DNA of 64,000 nucleotides, taken from contig OZ024741.1 in assembly GCA_964016885.1 (NCBI GenBank), positions 155,248,001 through 155,312,000 of the forward strand. Direction: 5' to 3'. The notes beneath the pieces are model-generated. The model made no database searches and was not told where the DNA came from. It was given only the letters and a program-made list of their open reading frames with translations. Source of the stretch: Eledone cirrhosa. Lineage: Eukaryota. A program made the translations under genes and the position numbers. This document shows positions 39,628-53,290 of the stretch, piece after piece (the first letter of the stretch is position 1; each line of letters opens with the position of its first letter).

Positions 39628-40632
39628 CTGTAGAAGCCATTACTATATTAAATATTATACTCTCCTATGTATTGAGTACTGTGATTACCCCCGATTTAAC
39701 CCGGGATAAACTTATATATATAGCCGTCGAAACGGCTTGAGCTATGCCGTCGGGGTCAAACCTTTTCCTATATATATATATATATAGTAGAATAATCGAG
39801 TATCGAAAAATCGGCGCACGAGTTCACGATAAACAAAATTCGAAATGAGCGGCAGAGGGCTCAATAATTCAGATAAATCAGAGCTATATCTATCGTTAAA
39901 ATACCGACACACATAGAACATGTCTAAAATCAACCATACGACCGAAAAATTACGATCTGGAAGATTCGGGACACTCAGATAAAATATCAATAAATCAATA
40001 AATCAAATGAATGTATATATATATATATATATATATATATGCATGCTTGTGGTAGTTTTTGTTGTGTATACGTGCAATTAAAGATACCAACTTTTTACCA
40101 TTTGATTCTTGTGCGACCTCACGAGTCCTTTGCAGCTTGTTTGGAATAACTAAGCTCTTAAATTTATAATCTAATCAACGTTTTTAGACTTACATACTCT
40201 CATCATCAGAATGTGGAATGTTGGTTTATTTTACGAAGTTTTTTCATGGTCAGCATTCGTGTTGGCTTTATTACCGGAAATTGGAACTTGACATCTGTAT
40301 GCTGTTTGTGTAGTTATCATCATCATCATCATCATCACCATGGCTATCATCATTACCACCATTGTCATCATCATCAAGACTATGATGATGATGATTATCA
40401 TCATTACCACCCCTACTATTACACCCACCAGCAGTACCAGCAGTACCACCACTGCAATTCTTCCTTACCCGCTGGCACCACTACTATCAGTGCACACCCG
40501 CCAACACCACAATTATTATCACCAGCAACACAATCACCTCCCGCTACCATTATCACCTCCCGCTACCATTATCACCGCCACCATCACCATTACCAATTGA
40601 TCATTATTTGTTATATTTTTTTACCATTTCAG

Positions 40633-41605
40633 AAGCCAGCATCGGTTTCTATCGCAGATTTCGTTACCATCCCCACCACCATTAAGACGAAACTTTGCAA
40701 CAGACTTCGCAGCACCATCACCGTTTCCGAAGGAGTATCTTTCATCGCAGTTTCCACCACATCCACCACCAGCACCACCACCACCACCACCACCAACATC
40801 ATCATCATCATCATCATCATTAGCATCCACATTATTCTCTCCCCTTTCATCATTATCAACATTATCGTCAACATCAGCGCCATCATCAGCACCATCATCT
40901 AGAAGCAACGCGTTTTCATCGACACCACCAACACCCCCACCAGCAAGACGTTATTCTTCGAGGACCAGTAAATCGGTTGATAGAAATACACCCAAAGAAG
41001 AACCGAAACAAAGTCGATTTCTGCCAGCCAGATCTAAAGAGAAGCAAGCTGAGATGGATCTTATAATGTTTAATCAGGTCGCTGAGATTACCGAGTGCCT
41101 TTATCTTTGCGCGGCGGCGGCGGTGAGCCGAGCAAAGGTCCGTTCGCTCGAAGTTACACATATCATAAACTGTACCCTCGATGTTCCGAACTTTAAAGCA
41201 GAAAATGTGGTTTGTGTTAACATCCAAGTAGATGATTCTTCACGTGCACACCTGGGTATTTACTTTGATCGCTGTGCCGACATGATACGTGATGCCAGTT
41301 TGAAAGATGGCAAAGTTCTGGTCCACTGCGTTGCTGGAGTAAGTCGTTCAGCTAGTCTCTGTATCGCCTATTTAATGAAATACGAGAGAATGAACTTATT
41401 ACAAGCCTACAAGTTTGTCAAGAGGAAACGGTCTGTGATTCACCCGAACGTAGGATTTTGGCGGCAACTGATTGAATACGAAAAACGAATCTTTGGACGA
41501 GCAACCGTTAAAATGGTTAATTCTAATATTGGCATGGTTCCAGAGATCTACATTGATGAGGAGAAAGAAATACTTCGACAGCAAAAATATTCACGATATC
41601 GTTAA
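40633..41605 (+). CDS. DUSP14: Atypical dual-specificity protein phosphatase, DUSP14/18/21-like (terminal exon; catalytic domain from 41054)
   Basis: Active-site loop VHCVAGVSRS, general-acid Asp (VDD), AYLM, IHPNVGFWRQL and VKMV..GMVPEIY tail. The frame stays open from the acceptor tttttttaccatttcAG (40632) to the ATG at 41054. Confidence 0.93.
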
Positions 41606-41907
41606 CCTCTTTTGATACCAAACCATCTGATACCAGCCCTGGTTTTACAATACAAATATGTATGTTTACATAAGAACTTTTTAAAAATTATGTTCCAAAT
41701 GCCAGCCAGTTTAATAATAAGTAAATTAGTTATACTACTAAATCTCTGCGAAGTTTTCATCATTCAAAAATTATTAGAAAACCATAGGCAGAGTCTTTCA
41801 TTTGTAATATGGTAACGAAAGGAGTAAAAGAACCAACAATCTCAAAACAAAAATCTGTTTTATATTCTGATAAAAAAAAAAATATATAGCCTTTATTATC
41901 CAACCAC

Positions 41908-42740
41908 AGGATACTACAGTATCTATAATTCTAAGTGAGAACATATAAGATCAAAGTGAGAATAATCATTTCAAAGTGAGTACATATCACTTCAATGTGA
42001 GAATAGCGATTTCACAGTGAGCTCATGTCACTTAAACAAAAACTAAACTTACTTGATTAATTAGCTAAGAATGCATAATATATCTTCATATAGAAAAATT
42101 GAAGTAGGGAAGACTTTACTAGTTGGAGAATACGATATTATAAATAAAACAAAAACGAAAAGACCGCTTTTTAAAAAAACAGAGTCGTAAAAGTGTAATT
42201 CGTTTTTTATGGAAATGTTGCATTGATGAAATCTGACGGTGTGCGCAGTTTCTAATATCTTTGCATGAATTTAATTTTTAGATATAGTGCGGAACATAAT
42301 TGTTTAAGAATTAAGCTGCTTATTAATTAAATAGTGATTTTAGACAAACAGTATCAAGTAAAGAAGTGTCTAATGTTTCTCGCAGTCAACTCATTGTTAT
42401 GATTGTGGATCAGTTTCATTGTCGTACTTACTCGTGAAACAAAACAACTGGACAATATTACAACCACACGATGAGGTTTTGACTCCATTACTTGGCAGAT
42501 AAAAACTTCTAATTAACCTGGCAGGTTCACATTGTTGACATTACAAATAAGGTTAACGATATAATTTTATACTCTGTTCGTTTCTCAAAATATCATAATC
42601 AAACTTTTTTTGTGTTAATCGTTATTCAAACTTTGAAGTCGTAAAGTCTTATTTGGTAATCCTCAATCTCATTTTGAATTAGTAATGCCTCACTTTGAAC
42701 TGATATGTTCTCACTTAGAATGACAAATATTGTAGTTCCA
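41908..42740. mobile_element. MITE/foldback-like element with subrepeated TIRs
   Basis: 41908-41990 is an inverted match to 42660-42740 (TTCTAAGTGAGAACATAT...TCAAAGTGAG); internal approximately 20-bp TCAAAGTGAG subrepeats. Confidence 0.6.
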
Positions 42741-43169
42741 TCCATATTTGTACTAGTTTTTGCATTCGTTCTCTTACCTTATTAAAAGAACAAAAAAAAA
42801 AAGAAAAAACCAAAAAAAAACAAAAAAAAACAAAACAACAGCACAAAAATAAACAAAAAAATCTGACCAAAACAAAACAAAATAAGAAAAAAACAAAAAA
42901 GAAAGGAGAAATAAGCTAAAATGTAGGGCAAAAATATTTCCTGTGCATTTATAAATATATCGAAACATCACCTTTCTGAGTATCAATATCAGAGAGGTTC
43001 TCAAGGACTCAGATGACGTTATTACATTGCCAGGTTTCTTCAGTTCCTCACCCATTTGAATTGTCATCTGGTAATTTTTTCATCATTATGATTTTACGGT
43101 GTTAATTATTAAAACAATTTATTAAAGCAAATTACTTTATTAATCTTATTATTATTTTTTGTAACCTGT

Positions 43170-46020
43170 TAATTCTCGCGGGTCTGATGAAAGTACCAGA
43201 TTGGTGACTGGTGCGATAAAGACTACAAAAATAAATCATACAGCATCGTCATTCGCGCTTGTTAACAATTGGTAACTGGAACATCACAACCCTTACAGAA
43301 AAGGAGCAGGAATTAGTGGAAACCCGATGCTGCCGGCTAGATATATTCAGAGTTTTCTCAACAAAGTCCCATAGCTCTGGTACTGTAGATTTGGATGGAG
43401 GGTGGAAACTCACTATTCAGGTGTGACGTCAGAAATGATTGCTCAAGCTGGAGTGAGAATACACACAAGACCCCGGCCGTCAGAATGTGTTATGAACTGG
43501 ATCCGATTGGGAGGGCAGATTTGTCTCTTGAAGCTTAGACTGAAAGATAGCTCTCCGTGAGTGCTACAAACTTATACACCAAACAAAGAGTCTGAATACA
43601 GATCCTTCCTTGATGAAGTCACTGCAGCGTTAATTGTTGTTAAGGCCGAGTCATATATCCTGATGGGAGACTTCAATGCACATGTTGGCACTGATGAGCT
43701 GACATGGAAAGGAATGATTGGAAGGAACGGTGATCCCGATCTAATTACGAACGGAGAGGCCTTATTTGAATTGTGTTTTAGCAATGGACTCTATTATGAA
43801 CACCTTCCAGCACAAAGACATTCATAAATATACATGGTATAAGAGGAATTAGGGACAGAGATCATTAATTGATTTTGTTATTGTCTCTTCGATTCTGTGC
43901 TAGATGTTCGTGTTAAGAGTGAGGCCGAGCCGTCAATTGATTTCCATTTAGTTATCTGCAACTTGAGACTACCTAAAGCAAAGGAAGCCCACAAAACTGG
44001 CAGGTCCAGGTTGACCTACAGGATAAGATGGGAAGCTTTGGCGGATAAGAAATTCGGGACCAGGTATGCGGATACTATTGCATTCAAATTCAAAGAACTC
44101 CCTGAGAAAACTAAGGACATTGAAACGGAGTGGGGACTGTTTAAATTGGCAGTTTCTGCTTCAGGGGTTAAATGCTGCGAAAGTGGCTTGGTGTGGCGCC
44201 GGATGGCAGGAGGACCCTTGGACCAATTAAGAGGTCAAAGATGCCACCCGAGCAAAGATAGAGGCCTACGAAGCTTTGCTTGAAAATAAGTCCGCCTTCC
44301 TGCACTTACAGTACAAGCAGACGCGAAATGTCACAGTTCAGACAGTAAATGAGGTTAAGCTGGAATCCGACTTCAGATCAGCAAATAAAGTATTCTGGCA
44401 AACCACCCGCCTACTTCGTAATAAGAAGTCCTCTTCCACGCCTGCTATCAGGAACGCGTCAAGTTTTCTAATCTTTTCAAAGAGATACATCCTCGCGAGA
44501 TAGAGAGAATACTTTGCTGACCTCCTAAACCTGGACATAACAACTTCTGATGTACACGAGTTACATCAGGGAGCGATGAATAATGTCTGAGGTCACGAGA
44601 GCAATTAAAGATCTCAAATATTGCAAGGTCGCTGGGGAGGATGAAATTCGATCCGAAATGTTAGAATCCTTAAATTGAGAAGGTATTCTCTAGTTGGCTT
44701 GTGTGCGCCGGGTGGCATGGAACTCTGGAAAGGCACTTAAGCAATTGTAATAGGGTGTGATAATCACGATTTTCAAAAAGGGAGACAAGAGAGATTGCTC
44801 CAATTATAGAGTGATTTCCTTGTTAAGCTTCGCCAGCTATGCTAAGTGTCTGGCAAAGAGATGTTGGGAAATTGTTGAGTCCCAGCTAACTGATGGACAG
44901 TGTGGTTTTTGTCCTGGATGTAACACAGCCAATCACGTTCCACGGGACCTCCTGTGAAAAATTCTGCAGAAGTATGTAATTGATGGACAGTTTCTTGTCT
45001 TGATGGCTCTATACGAATGGCCTAGTATTTGTGTTCGGATAAATGGTGTTAAATCGAAGTCATTCAATGTGGAAGTCGTACTCCGCCAAGAGTGCGTGAT
45101 GTCACGCCTTTGTGCTTATAATCTTCATGAACAGGATTGACATGCGCAGGCGGGTTGGAAATGGGAGCACAACTGGCGGCTGTAGGATCAGTTGGCTGGA
45201 ATTTACAGATGACGTGGTGTTACTTAACTCGTCAGAAGGTGATCTCCGACATGCACTTGATAGGTTTCATGCCAAGTGCTACATGGCTGGAATGAAAATC
45301 AGTGCTGTGAAAACTAAGACACTTGTCCTCGCAAAGAAGCTGCGCAGTACGCTCTACATGCGAATGCAGTTCCACTGTAACAGGTGAAGTTCAAGTAACT
45401 CGGGGCCGTGTTCACGAGTGATGGAAAACAGGAGACTGAATTAAGTACAAGAATTGCAGGAGCTGTTGCAGTAATGCACCAGCTTCAGAATTTGGTTTTC
45501 AGAAGGAAGGGGGTAGGTGTAAAAGCCAAACTCGCTATCTTCAATTCGGTATTCATGATCATGAATCTTGGGGAATGATTGAAAGATTACGGCCGCGAAT
45601 ACAAGCGATCGAAATGGGAACCCCCGAAGGGTCTTTGAAATAACGTTATTCGATAAAGTACGTAACTCGGAGATCAGCGTGTCACTCCAGGTAGAGATTC
45701 TACTTCGCCGAATTGAGAGATCACAGCTACGATATTATGAGTTGTGGTTAGAATGTTTCAGGAAAGAATCGCTGGATATATTTTACGGGAAGGAGACTCA
45801 TGGCTAGATCCCGAGCAAGATGGTTGGATAACATCCATGAGCTCGGCTGGTTTCGATTGGGATCCAACCGGATCAACTGGAGACGGTTGCTTCTGACAGG
45901 ATCCGCTAGAAAGTGTGTTTGAGGAGTCTGCCCCTCAGCCCTATTAGGAATAAGTGCACGACGACGACGACGACGACGACGACAACGAAGAAGAAGAAAA
46001 AGAAGAAGAAGAAGAAGAAG
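43170..46020 (+). mobile_element. Near full-length degraded RTE-clade LINE (APE endonuclease plus RT), second family
   Basis: WNITTL, ILMGDFNAHVG, GQRSLIDF, FKKGDKRDCSNYRVISLL, QCGFCPG and FTDD motifs; (GAC)n(GAA)n tail. Its 5' part matches about 530-590. Confidence 0.88.
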
Positions 46021-46162
46021 TTAATTCGTGACTGCCCTTATAGTTGGGTATATTGGTAATTCATTGATATATATATATATATACTATATATATATATACT
46101 ATATATATATACTACCTTGATTAAATCTTAACCATTTAACATCTCAGGGTATGTCATGTATC

Positions 46163-46225
46163 ATTATATTTTGTCTGATGAGGACGTACTGTTGTACCTC
46201 TGAAATACGTATAATAAAATGTAAT
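46163..46225 (+). ncRNA. Minimal type I hammerhead ribozyme (intact core)
   Basis: attatattttgt-CTGATGA-ggacgtac-tgtt-gtacctct-GAAA-tACGTa-TA-ataaaatgtaat; 12-bp stem I. Confidence 0.85.
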
Positions 46226-46389
46226 TGATCAAAAGAACATCTATTTTATTAATATTTGTATTTTAATATTTGTATATTAATAACTCTGGAAAATACTTTA
46301 CTGTAGAGTGCTTCCAATCTACTGTAAAACTCATTCTTTGATGTACTCATTGAATCTTGTTTAACTCTTTAATATATACATACATACAT

Positions 46390-46457
<68 letters not shown>

Positions 46458-46598
46458 GGAGTGAAAGGCGGAGTTACTGTAGGTTCACACGGGGGAGCAC
46501 TCGATGTTTAGGTTCACGTCAGTGTCGAGGTGTAGAGCTAGACAGAGTGTAATATAATACAAGGACGAATTGTTACTCCTTCATTACTTTTATTGGTT

Positions 46599-46683
46599 GG
46601 TGACGCGTGTTTCGCTACTGATCAGCTCAAGGTTCGATCTGTATCAATCAAACCCGACTCTGGAATCAAAAGCTCGTCAGACC
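46599..46683 (-). ncRNA. Type I hammerhead ribozyme with long stem II
   Basis: Minus strand: ggt-CTGACGA-gct..ggtttgat..atcgaacc..agc-GAAAC-ACGC-GTC-acc. Confidence 0.8.
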
Positions 46684-46699
46684 TCTGTGGTAGTGATGA

Positions 46700-46925
46700 C
46701 ATACACAATATACACTATAGTTGGGTATATTGATATTTCATTTGTTATATAAATAATGTATACTATAGTTAGGTATATTGGTATTTCATTTCATATATAC
46801 ACACAATGTACACTATAGTTGGGTATATTGCTATTTCCTTTGATATATATATATATACAATGTACACTATAGTTGGGTATATCGGTATTTCCTTTGATAT
46901 ATGTGCACTTCAGTTGGGTATATTC
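46700..46925. repeat. About 50-bp tandem repeat
   Basis: CAATGTACACTATAGTTGGGTATATTG units; a further unit at about 46035. Confidence 0.8.
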
Positions 46926-47169
46926 GTACTTCAATTGATATATGCACAATGTACACAATTCTGTCCCAGTTCGGATTCTACACCTAACAAAAATTCCTTT
47001 CCAGTTCCTTCCTTGGCTAAAATGCACTCCCCGCCCCTGGGGGACAAGGACTTCCTGTTGTGGACTTGTTGTTAGGGTGTTGAACTCCTGATCATAACAT
47101 CATAGAGTCGATTCCTGGCCCGGGTAACACATTGGCTTCTTGAGCAAGACCATTCATTCGCCGTTGTTT

Positions 47170-47710
47170 TTCATGCTAGGACTGGGGTCTCTATCATCAA
47201 AACACTTGAGAAACCTCCTGTGAGATGCAACTTCGTAAGAGGTCCTATAAACCTGAATAGGTGTGAGCTGTAAAAACATGATAGGACTGAGGCCCATGTA
47301 ATTAAAAAGAAACTGATAAACCTCCTATAGGATGCAACTTCGCTTCAGGCCAGCTAAAGCTGCATATGTGTGAGCTGTACCAACTTGATAAGATTGGGGC
47401 TCCTTTCATTAAAACACTCGAGAAATATCTGCAATGCAACCCCGTCAGGGTCTAGCTAATATTGCATAGGCTTGAGTTGAAACAACATGACAGGACTGAG
47501 GCTGCTATTATTTAAATACTCGAGACCTCCTGTGAGGTTGCATCTCACAGTTAAACTAGCATATGTGTGAGCTGTAACATTGGTGCACCTATATTAGAAA
47601 TATCTGAGGCGCCTCCCATGAAATGCAACCTCGTAGGAGGCCAGTGTGAGCTGTAACAAAAGATGATAAGACTGGGACTCTTATTTAGAAACCTCCTATT
47701 AGATGCAACT
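47170..47710. repeat. About 105-bp degenerate tandem repeat
   Basis: Recurring CCTCCTGTGAGATGCAAC...GTGTGAGCTGTA...GATAGGACTG. Confidence 0.7.
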
Positions 47711-48304
47711 TATTTTTATTCAGCAATTCCAAAAATAACCGATTTTCTGTATTTTCCGGATTTCTGGAAGCCAGACAAAAAATTGGTGCCTGTGACAATG
47801 TAATATTCTAGTGGCTGATTTTGTGTATTTTTTTATTTATTTAATAGTCTAAGGGAGATAACTTTCTAAATATTATTTCCCTTGATGTATATATATCTAA
47901 CTGTCGGTCACCAGGCTGCAAACTGTGATGAAAAGATTTGACGCTTACAAATAAATGATAATCGTAAAGTGAATTTAACATTTTTGTGTATTTTTAATTG
48001 TTAAAATGTAATTGTTTTATTTTCCACACATGTTCACAGATCAAGTTACTTCACAAATAAGGACCACTGTGGCTAAACTGACTCTTCCACGATATCATTG
48101 TTTTAGTTACAACAAAATTTCTCAGATCAAGTCACTGCCGTTCGAGTACAAATGCGGCTAAAATGACTTTTCCGTGAAGTAATTGCAGTAGTTTCAACCT
48201 TCACCGTCTCAGAACAAGTCACTTGCCAGGCAAATAAAACTGTAGTTAAATTAACTCTTCAATGATGTAATTGTTTTAGATTCAACACATAGTCTCAGTT
48301 CGAG

Positions 48305-48830
48305 TAAAGCAAGAAAGAGCGTCAACAACAGACTAAGGAACAAAAACATCCCATCTTCGGCCATGTGCCAGCCAAAAGCCGCCTTAAATCCAGAAAAAGT
48401 TTCCTAAAGAGCGTCACACCCCTTGGAACATTAAGCGTAAGTAGTGAAAGAGTCACTCGGTGGGAAGAAAAACTTAACAACCTCCCATCCGTAACAACAA
48501 TGGAGCTAAAGGCAAGCGAGGCACTGATCTCCGGAGCAGATACAAACTATATAGTGTGGAAATGTCTCAACCTATTAAGATCTGGTGTTAGTCGTTCAAA
48601 AGCCAATCTGGCAAAATGGGGATATTTAAAGGATGGGGATGTTGTGTATGACTGCAGCATCGAACCACAGACTACACGGCCCCTCCTGATATGCCCCCTG
48701 CTGGAACATCCCTGCACAGTATTGGACTTGGCAGAGTTTAATGAGAAAGGACAGCAATGTGTCCAGCTGTGGCGGAACCACATCTAGCCAAACTTTGTAG
48801 CCGACACTCTTGTAGACACAATAAGAAGTT
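48305..48830 (+). mobile_element. 3' fragment of an I-group (Vingi/Ingi-like) LINE
   Basis: RLKSRKSF, WKCLNLLRSG..LAKWG and degenerate C-terminal zinc finger (DC..EPQT..LL.CP). Clade call is tentative. Confidence 0.6.
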
Positions 48831-48893
48831 CGAGTCACTTACCAGACAAGTAGTACTGTAGCTAAAATGTATACATATATATTAAATAAATTA

Positions 48894-50832
48894 CACTGGT
48901 CAACTGCCAAAATGGTTCTTACATGTGAATATGTGCATCTTACTAATTTCATAGCACTGAATTCAGTTTTGATATTCATTTTTTGCTACGGGACCAGAAT
49001 GCCTTAATATGAGATCGAAAATATGTTCCTCGTATTGCTTTATTTATCCATTGTGTAACATATGATGACTTAGATATAAACATATTAACTTATTAATAAA
49101 AATATATAAACATATTTTTATATATTTTTTTAACACTTGTATATTAACAAAACATTTCTGAACAATGTTCTGAACATAACAAAATATTTCAAAACATTTC
49201 TAAAAAAATTTCTGGATTTTGCTTTTACGCTTGTTTTGCTGGCTCTCCTCACGTTGCAGTGTCCAGCAGTAGTCGCCCATCATGTTGGGATTGAACCGAC
49301 CCTGATACCTACTCTCCATTATGGCAATGTCCTGGTGAAACCTCTCTCCATGTTCATCACTGATGTCTCCTAGATTACTTGGGAAGAAATCCAGATGAGA
49401 ATGGAAGAAATAGAGCTTCAACGACATTCGTGAACCCAGAGCGCGATAATTTTGTATCATGGTTTCAACAATTTCTTTATAGTTGTCTGCACGGTGGTTT
49501 CCAAGAAGGTTCTGTGTCACATCTACAAATGATTTCCATGCATTAGTCTCCAAAGGGTTTAGTGTTTTCGTAAACTCACTATCATTAACTAGCATACGAA
49601 TCTGAGGACCATTCAAAACCCTTGCTTTTTAACTTTGCTTCAGATACGACTCTACCCAATTTCTTACACAAGTACTGAAACCTATTACCTGTATGATCCA
49701 TGCTTTTAATAAAGTTTTTGGCCAAGTCTAATTTGAGATGTAATGGAGGGAGGAATACTTTTTCTGGATGCACGAGAGGTCTGTACAGACAGTTGAATCT
49801 ACCGGGTGCATCCTTTGGTCTTGTTGGCCAATCCTTCTTCATGTAGTGCTTTTAGAGTATTTTTTCCTGAATCAATGAACAACCCCCAATCATCTTGTTT
49901 GTATGAATCAGATTTACAGAGTTGTTGCATGAGAGAATCTGCATCATGACAATAGCAAAGGTTATTTTCATTTTGAAAAATGCTGAAAGTTGTTTATGAC
50001 GATGACGAGCGGTTATAATGCGGACGTTAAATGGTATGGGTTCACTTGTCTGATGTTCGTCTTGATAGTCATCATCAATAGGGGTGCTACTGGAATCAGA
50101 ATCAGAGATTAGCTCGTGTTCAGCAGGTGGAACTGGAACAGGTAATTCGTCACTGTGAGGTACTGGTCGGATTGCTGACGAGATATCGGGGTATTGAAGT
50201 GTAGTTTGTGTCTTCACAGTTATTCCTTGGATGTTTATATGGCAGAAGTAGCAATCATTATTGTGGTCTTTTGGTTCTCGCCACACCATTGGTACGGCAA
50301 ATGGCAAACCAGAGCTTCGTTTCCCATTCTTCCATTCACTTAGGTTATTAACACATGACCTACACGCTATATGAGGCGCCCATTTCTTGTCCTGGTCTCC
50401 TAATGGACATTTGAAGTAGCATTTGTAGTTTACTCGAACTGTTTTTGTGATTCGTTTCTTTATGCTTTCTGGGGTAAAGAGTCCACAAATATCGCAAAAT
50501 CGGTCCGGGTCATTTACACATTTCCGGCGTTCTCTCTCACTAGTCAAAGTTGTTGTGAATTATCCAAGAATAGCTGAGGATAGTTACAATTCTGTGATCT
50601 GAAACAAAAGCAGTAAGTATAAATTAGTTAACAGCTAAATATAGTGGATACAATTGGATGAAGTAATATGAGCCACATAGCTATGGGTCATAAACATGGA
50701 TGTGCTGATTCTCGAAAACTAGACCCGATACAGCTTAACCGTTGTCATATTCAGATTCTGCACACTTGATTACCCTAGAATCATACTAAATTATACCAAA
50801 ACCATGAAATGAATATTTTTTGTTGACCAGTG
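48894..50832 (-). mobile_element. Chapaev3-like (CMC) DNA transposon with both TIRs, internally deleted and frameshifted
   Basis: TIRs CACTGGTCAAC and GTTGACCAGTG, perfect 3-bp TSD TTA. Motifs CVNDPDRFCDICG, WAPHIAC, PMVWREPKDHNNDCYFC, LPPLHLKL and HSHLDFFP..SDEHGERFHQ. Confidence 0.85.
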
Positions 50833-51588
50833 TTATCGATCATGTACGTCTAAGTGATTCAGTCGTGAGTTACTCCGAGTTCCAGGCGATAATCTTAGTC
50901 GGACCTAATTCCACGCGTGTGTGTTAATTCTTACGCTAAGATGTCCCTGGACACTAATTGCCGTTTGTTTTAGCTGTTAAGCCTCTAGCTAGAGTCGGCG
51001 AATTAGCTGAGACGCTAGAACGCCGAATAGAACGCATTACGGTATTCCTTCCAGCTTTCTGCTCTATGAGTTCAGATCCAGCCATAGTTAACTTTGCCTT
51101 TCACCCTTTCGAGGTCGATAAAAAAGTACCAGTCTAGTACTGAGGTCGATTCTTCTTCTATGTTTCATTCTCACTTCCTCTCTCTTCCTGGAAGAAATAT
51201 GAGAGGGGTGGGGCATGCCAGGACTAAAATGTCCAAGAAACACCGTATGTCACTACGGTGTCCCTACGACTCCACCAAGAGATACAGGACCATACCATAC
51301 CATACTAAATCTCTAGCTAGGAGTGTTAACATGTTTAAAATCTTCTAAAAACGGCCATTTGTGGTAAGCGACCCCTTTTGGTAATGGATTACTCACTGAC
51401 CAGGTATCTGAGAGATGAGGGGTTTCATTCTTTGCAGGCGCCTCTGTTCAATTGTTCCGTCTCCAGAGGTACTCTACTCGAACTTCTCAGCTATTATTTA
51501 TAGTGTTCGTCTGTTATTATAGCCATTGGGACGATTACCTTTCAAACTTTAACTTTTCCCAATGCTTTTTAAGACGACCGGATGTTTC

Positions 51589-51693
<105 letters not shown>

Positions 51694-52419
51694 CCCACAC
51701 ACACACACCACACACACACACACACACACTATACATTTATATATCTATATTGAAAGTTGTGAACCCTGTGGCCACAATTATATCACCAGACACACAAGCA
51801 CGCTACTTTCTCATCAGTTAACCATGCACTTACAACAAAGAGATATCGTGACATATTTCTCTACAATATATACAAGACAATTAGATAACACTATAATTCA
51901 ATATAGAAATCCACACAAAACAAAACGAACAACTATGAAGGCTAAAACATATCAGAATACAAAAAAAATATTAACACATACGTGATACCAAGGATAATAA
52001 GAGTCGTGCTTCAACCATTGAGAAATACTAAATCAGGTGAGCATGATGTCTAACAACTTCAATGATACACTCACAACCATTGCTAAGCCTGTAACTAATA
52101 AGCTACAAATATGAACATTCTGATTCTGAATATGGAGCTGTGAGGGCCTCGAAACGTTGATACATAGATGGATATAGGAATGTTACTGTTCCAAACTAAA
52201 CAAGGAAAAATAATAAGGAAATACGAAACATCCTTAATAAAAATGATGAAACTGGAAGACAATCGTGTATAAAATACATACATACATAATGGCTGCAAAC
52301 TCTGCTAAGAGTATTGCAATCGCTTGTCAGATTACAGAAAATGGTGTACCTTTAGGCTACAGCCAGGCACAGAAACATGTAACATATCCTGAACAAGCAA
52401 TACCTGTGCGTTGAAGGTT

Positions 52420-52810
52420 TTTTAAGTGGGGAAAGGCCTTGCACTCGACTAATCCCACTCTCTGAGCATCGAAAGCACTACTCGAGAAGAAGAACTGGTC
52501 AGCATCATCGGATGCTTCCGAAGCCGAAGATTTTTTTCAGAGTTTCCCTCTCTTAGAAAGGTGTTGTGACAACAACTGGGGGCCTTTCACCCCAGGTGAA
52601 AAAAAAATTACTATTTGGATGGCCGTTGGCTCTGCTGAATTCCTCCGCCCATTGCCGGATCTTGTATTTCATCCAGCAGGCTGTCCAAATATCACCCTCT
52701 TCACCAAGCAAGCTTGGTGGGGTTTCCAGTTTAGCCGCCGACGACCCGACAATGAGGCAGGTTGTACTGGGTTACGTGTTACCAATAGCACTCGAGAGCG
52801 ACCTGACATA
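52420..52810 (-). mobile_element. Family X copy adjoining (ACAT)n
   Basis: Homologous to about 9000-9348. Confidence 0.65.
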
Positions 52811-52859
52811 AACATACATACATACTTACATACATACATACATACATACATACATGCAT

Positions 52860-53260
52860 TGAGACCACACATTGAAAACGTGTTCTGTTGTGGAGATCAG
52901 CTGCCCACTTGACGTAAACGTTGTCAGAAAAATACAGGAGAAGGAGGACATCTACGGACCATTGATGAAGAATTTACAAATCCAGTATCAAAGATACACC
53001 TTTAGCTTCATACCCATCATTATTGGCGCTATGGGTTATATACCAACCTGCTTGGACCAATGTATAACTGAACTTGGATTTGCGGACAAAGAGCGCAGCT
53101 CCCTAATTCATAGTCTACAAATGGCTGCGATAGCTGGCACCTTCAAAATTTTCAAAACATTCTTGCCATTCAAGGGATGACAATTTGTTTTCTTTTACAA
53201 CCTTTCCACCAGGAAGGTGGTCGGTCAAAAAATATACCCGAAATTAAGAGAAAGAGATAA
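52860..53260 (+). mobile_element. 3' end of an RLE-type (R4/Dong-like) LINE
   Basis: VEISCPLDVN..KIQEKEDIY..L...FIPIIIGAMG restriction-like endonuclease tail. Confidence 0.65.
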
Positions 53261-53290
53261 CATTCATGCATACATATAAACATATATATA

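Noticed and set aside
40213-40902. 229-aa His/Thr/Ile-rich ORF and opposite-strand ORFs
   Set aside because: Derived from (CAT/CAC)n repeats; only the frame continuous with the phosphatase is supported.
43183-43230. CTGATGA plus hairpin at the RTE 5' end as a hammerhead
   Set aside because: Followed by GATAA rather than GAAA, with no stem III; the homologue near 540 lacks the core.
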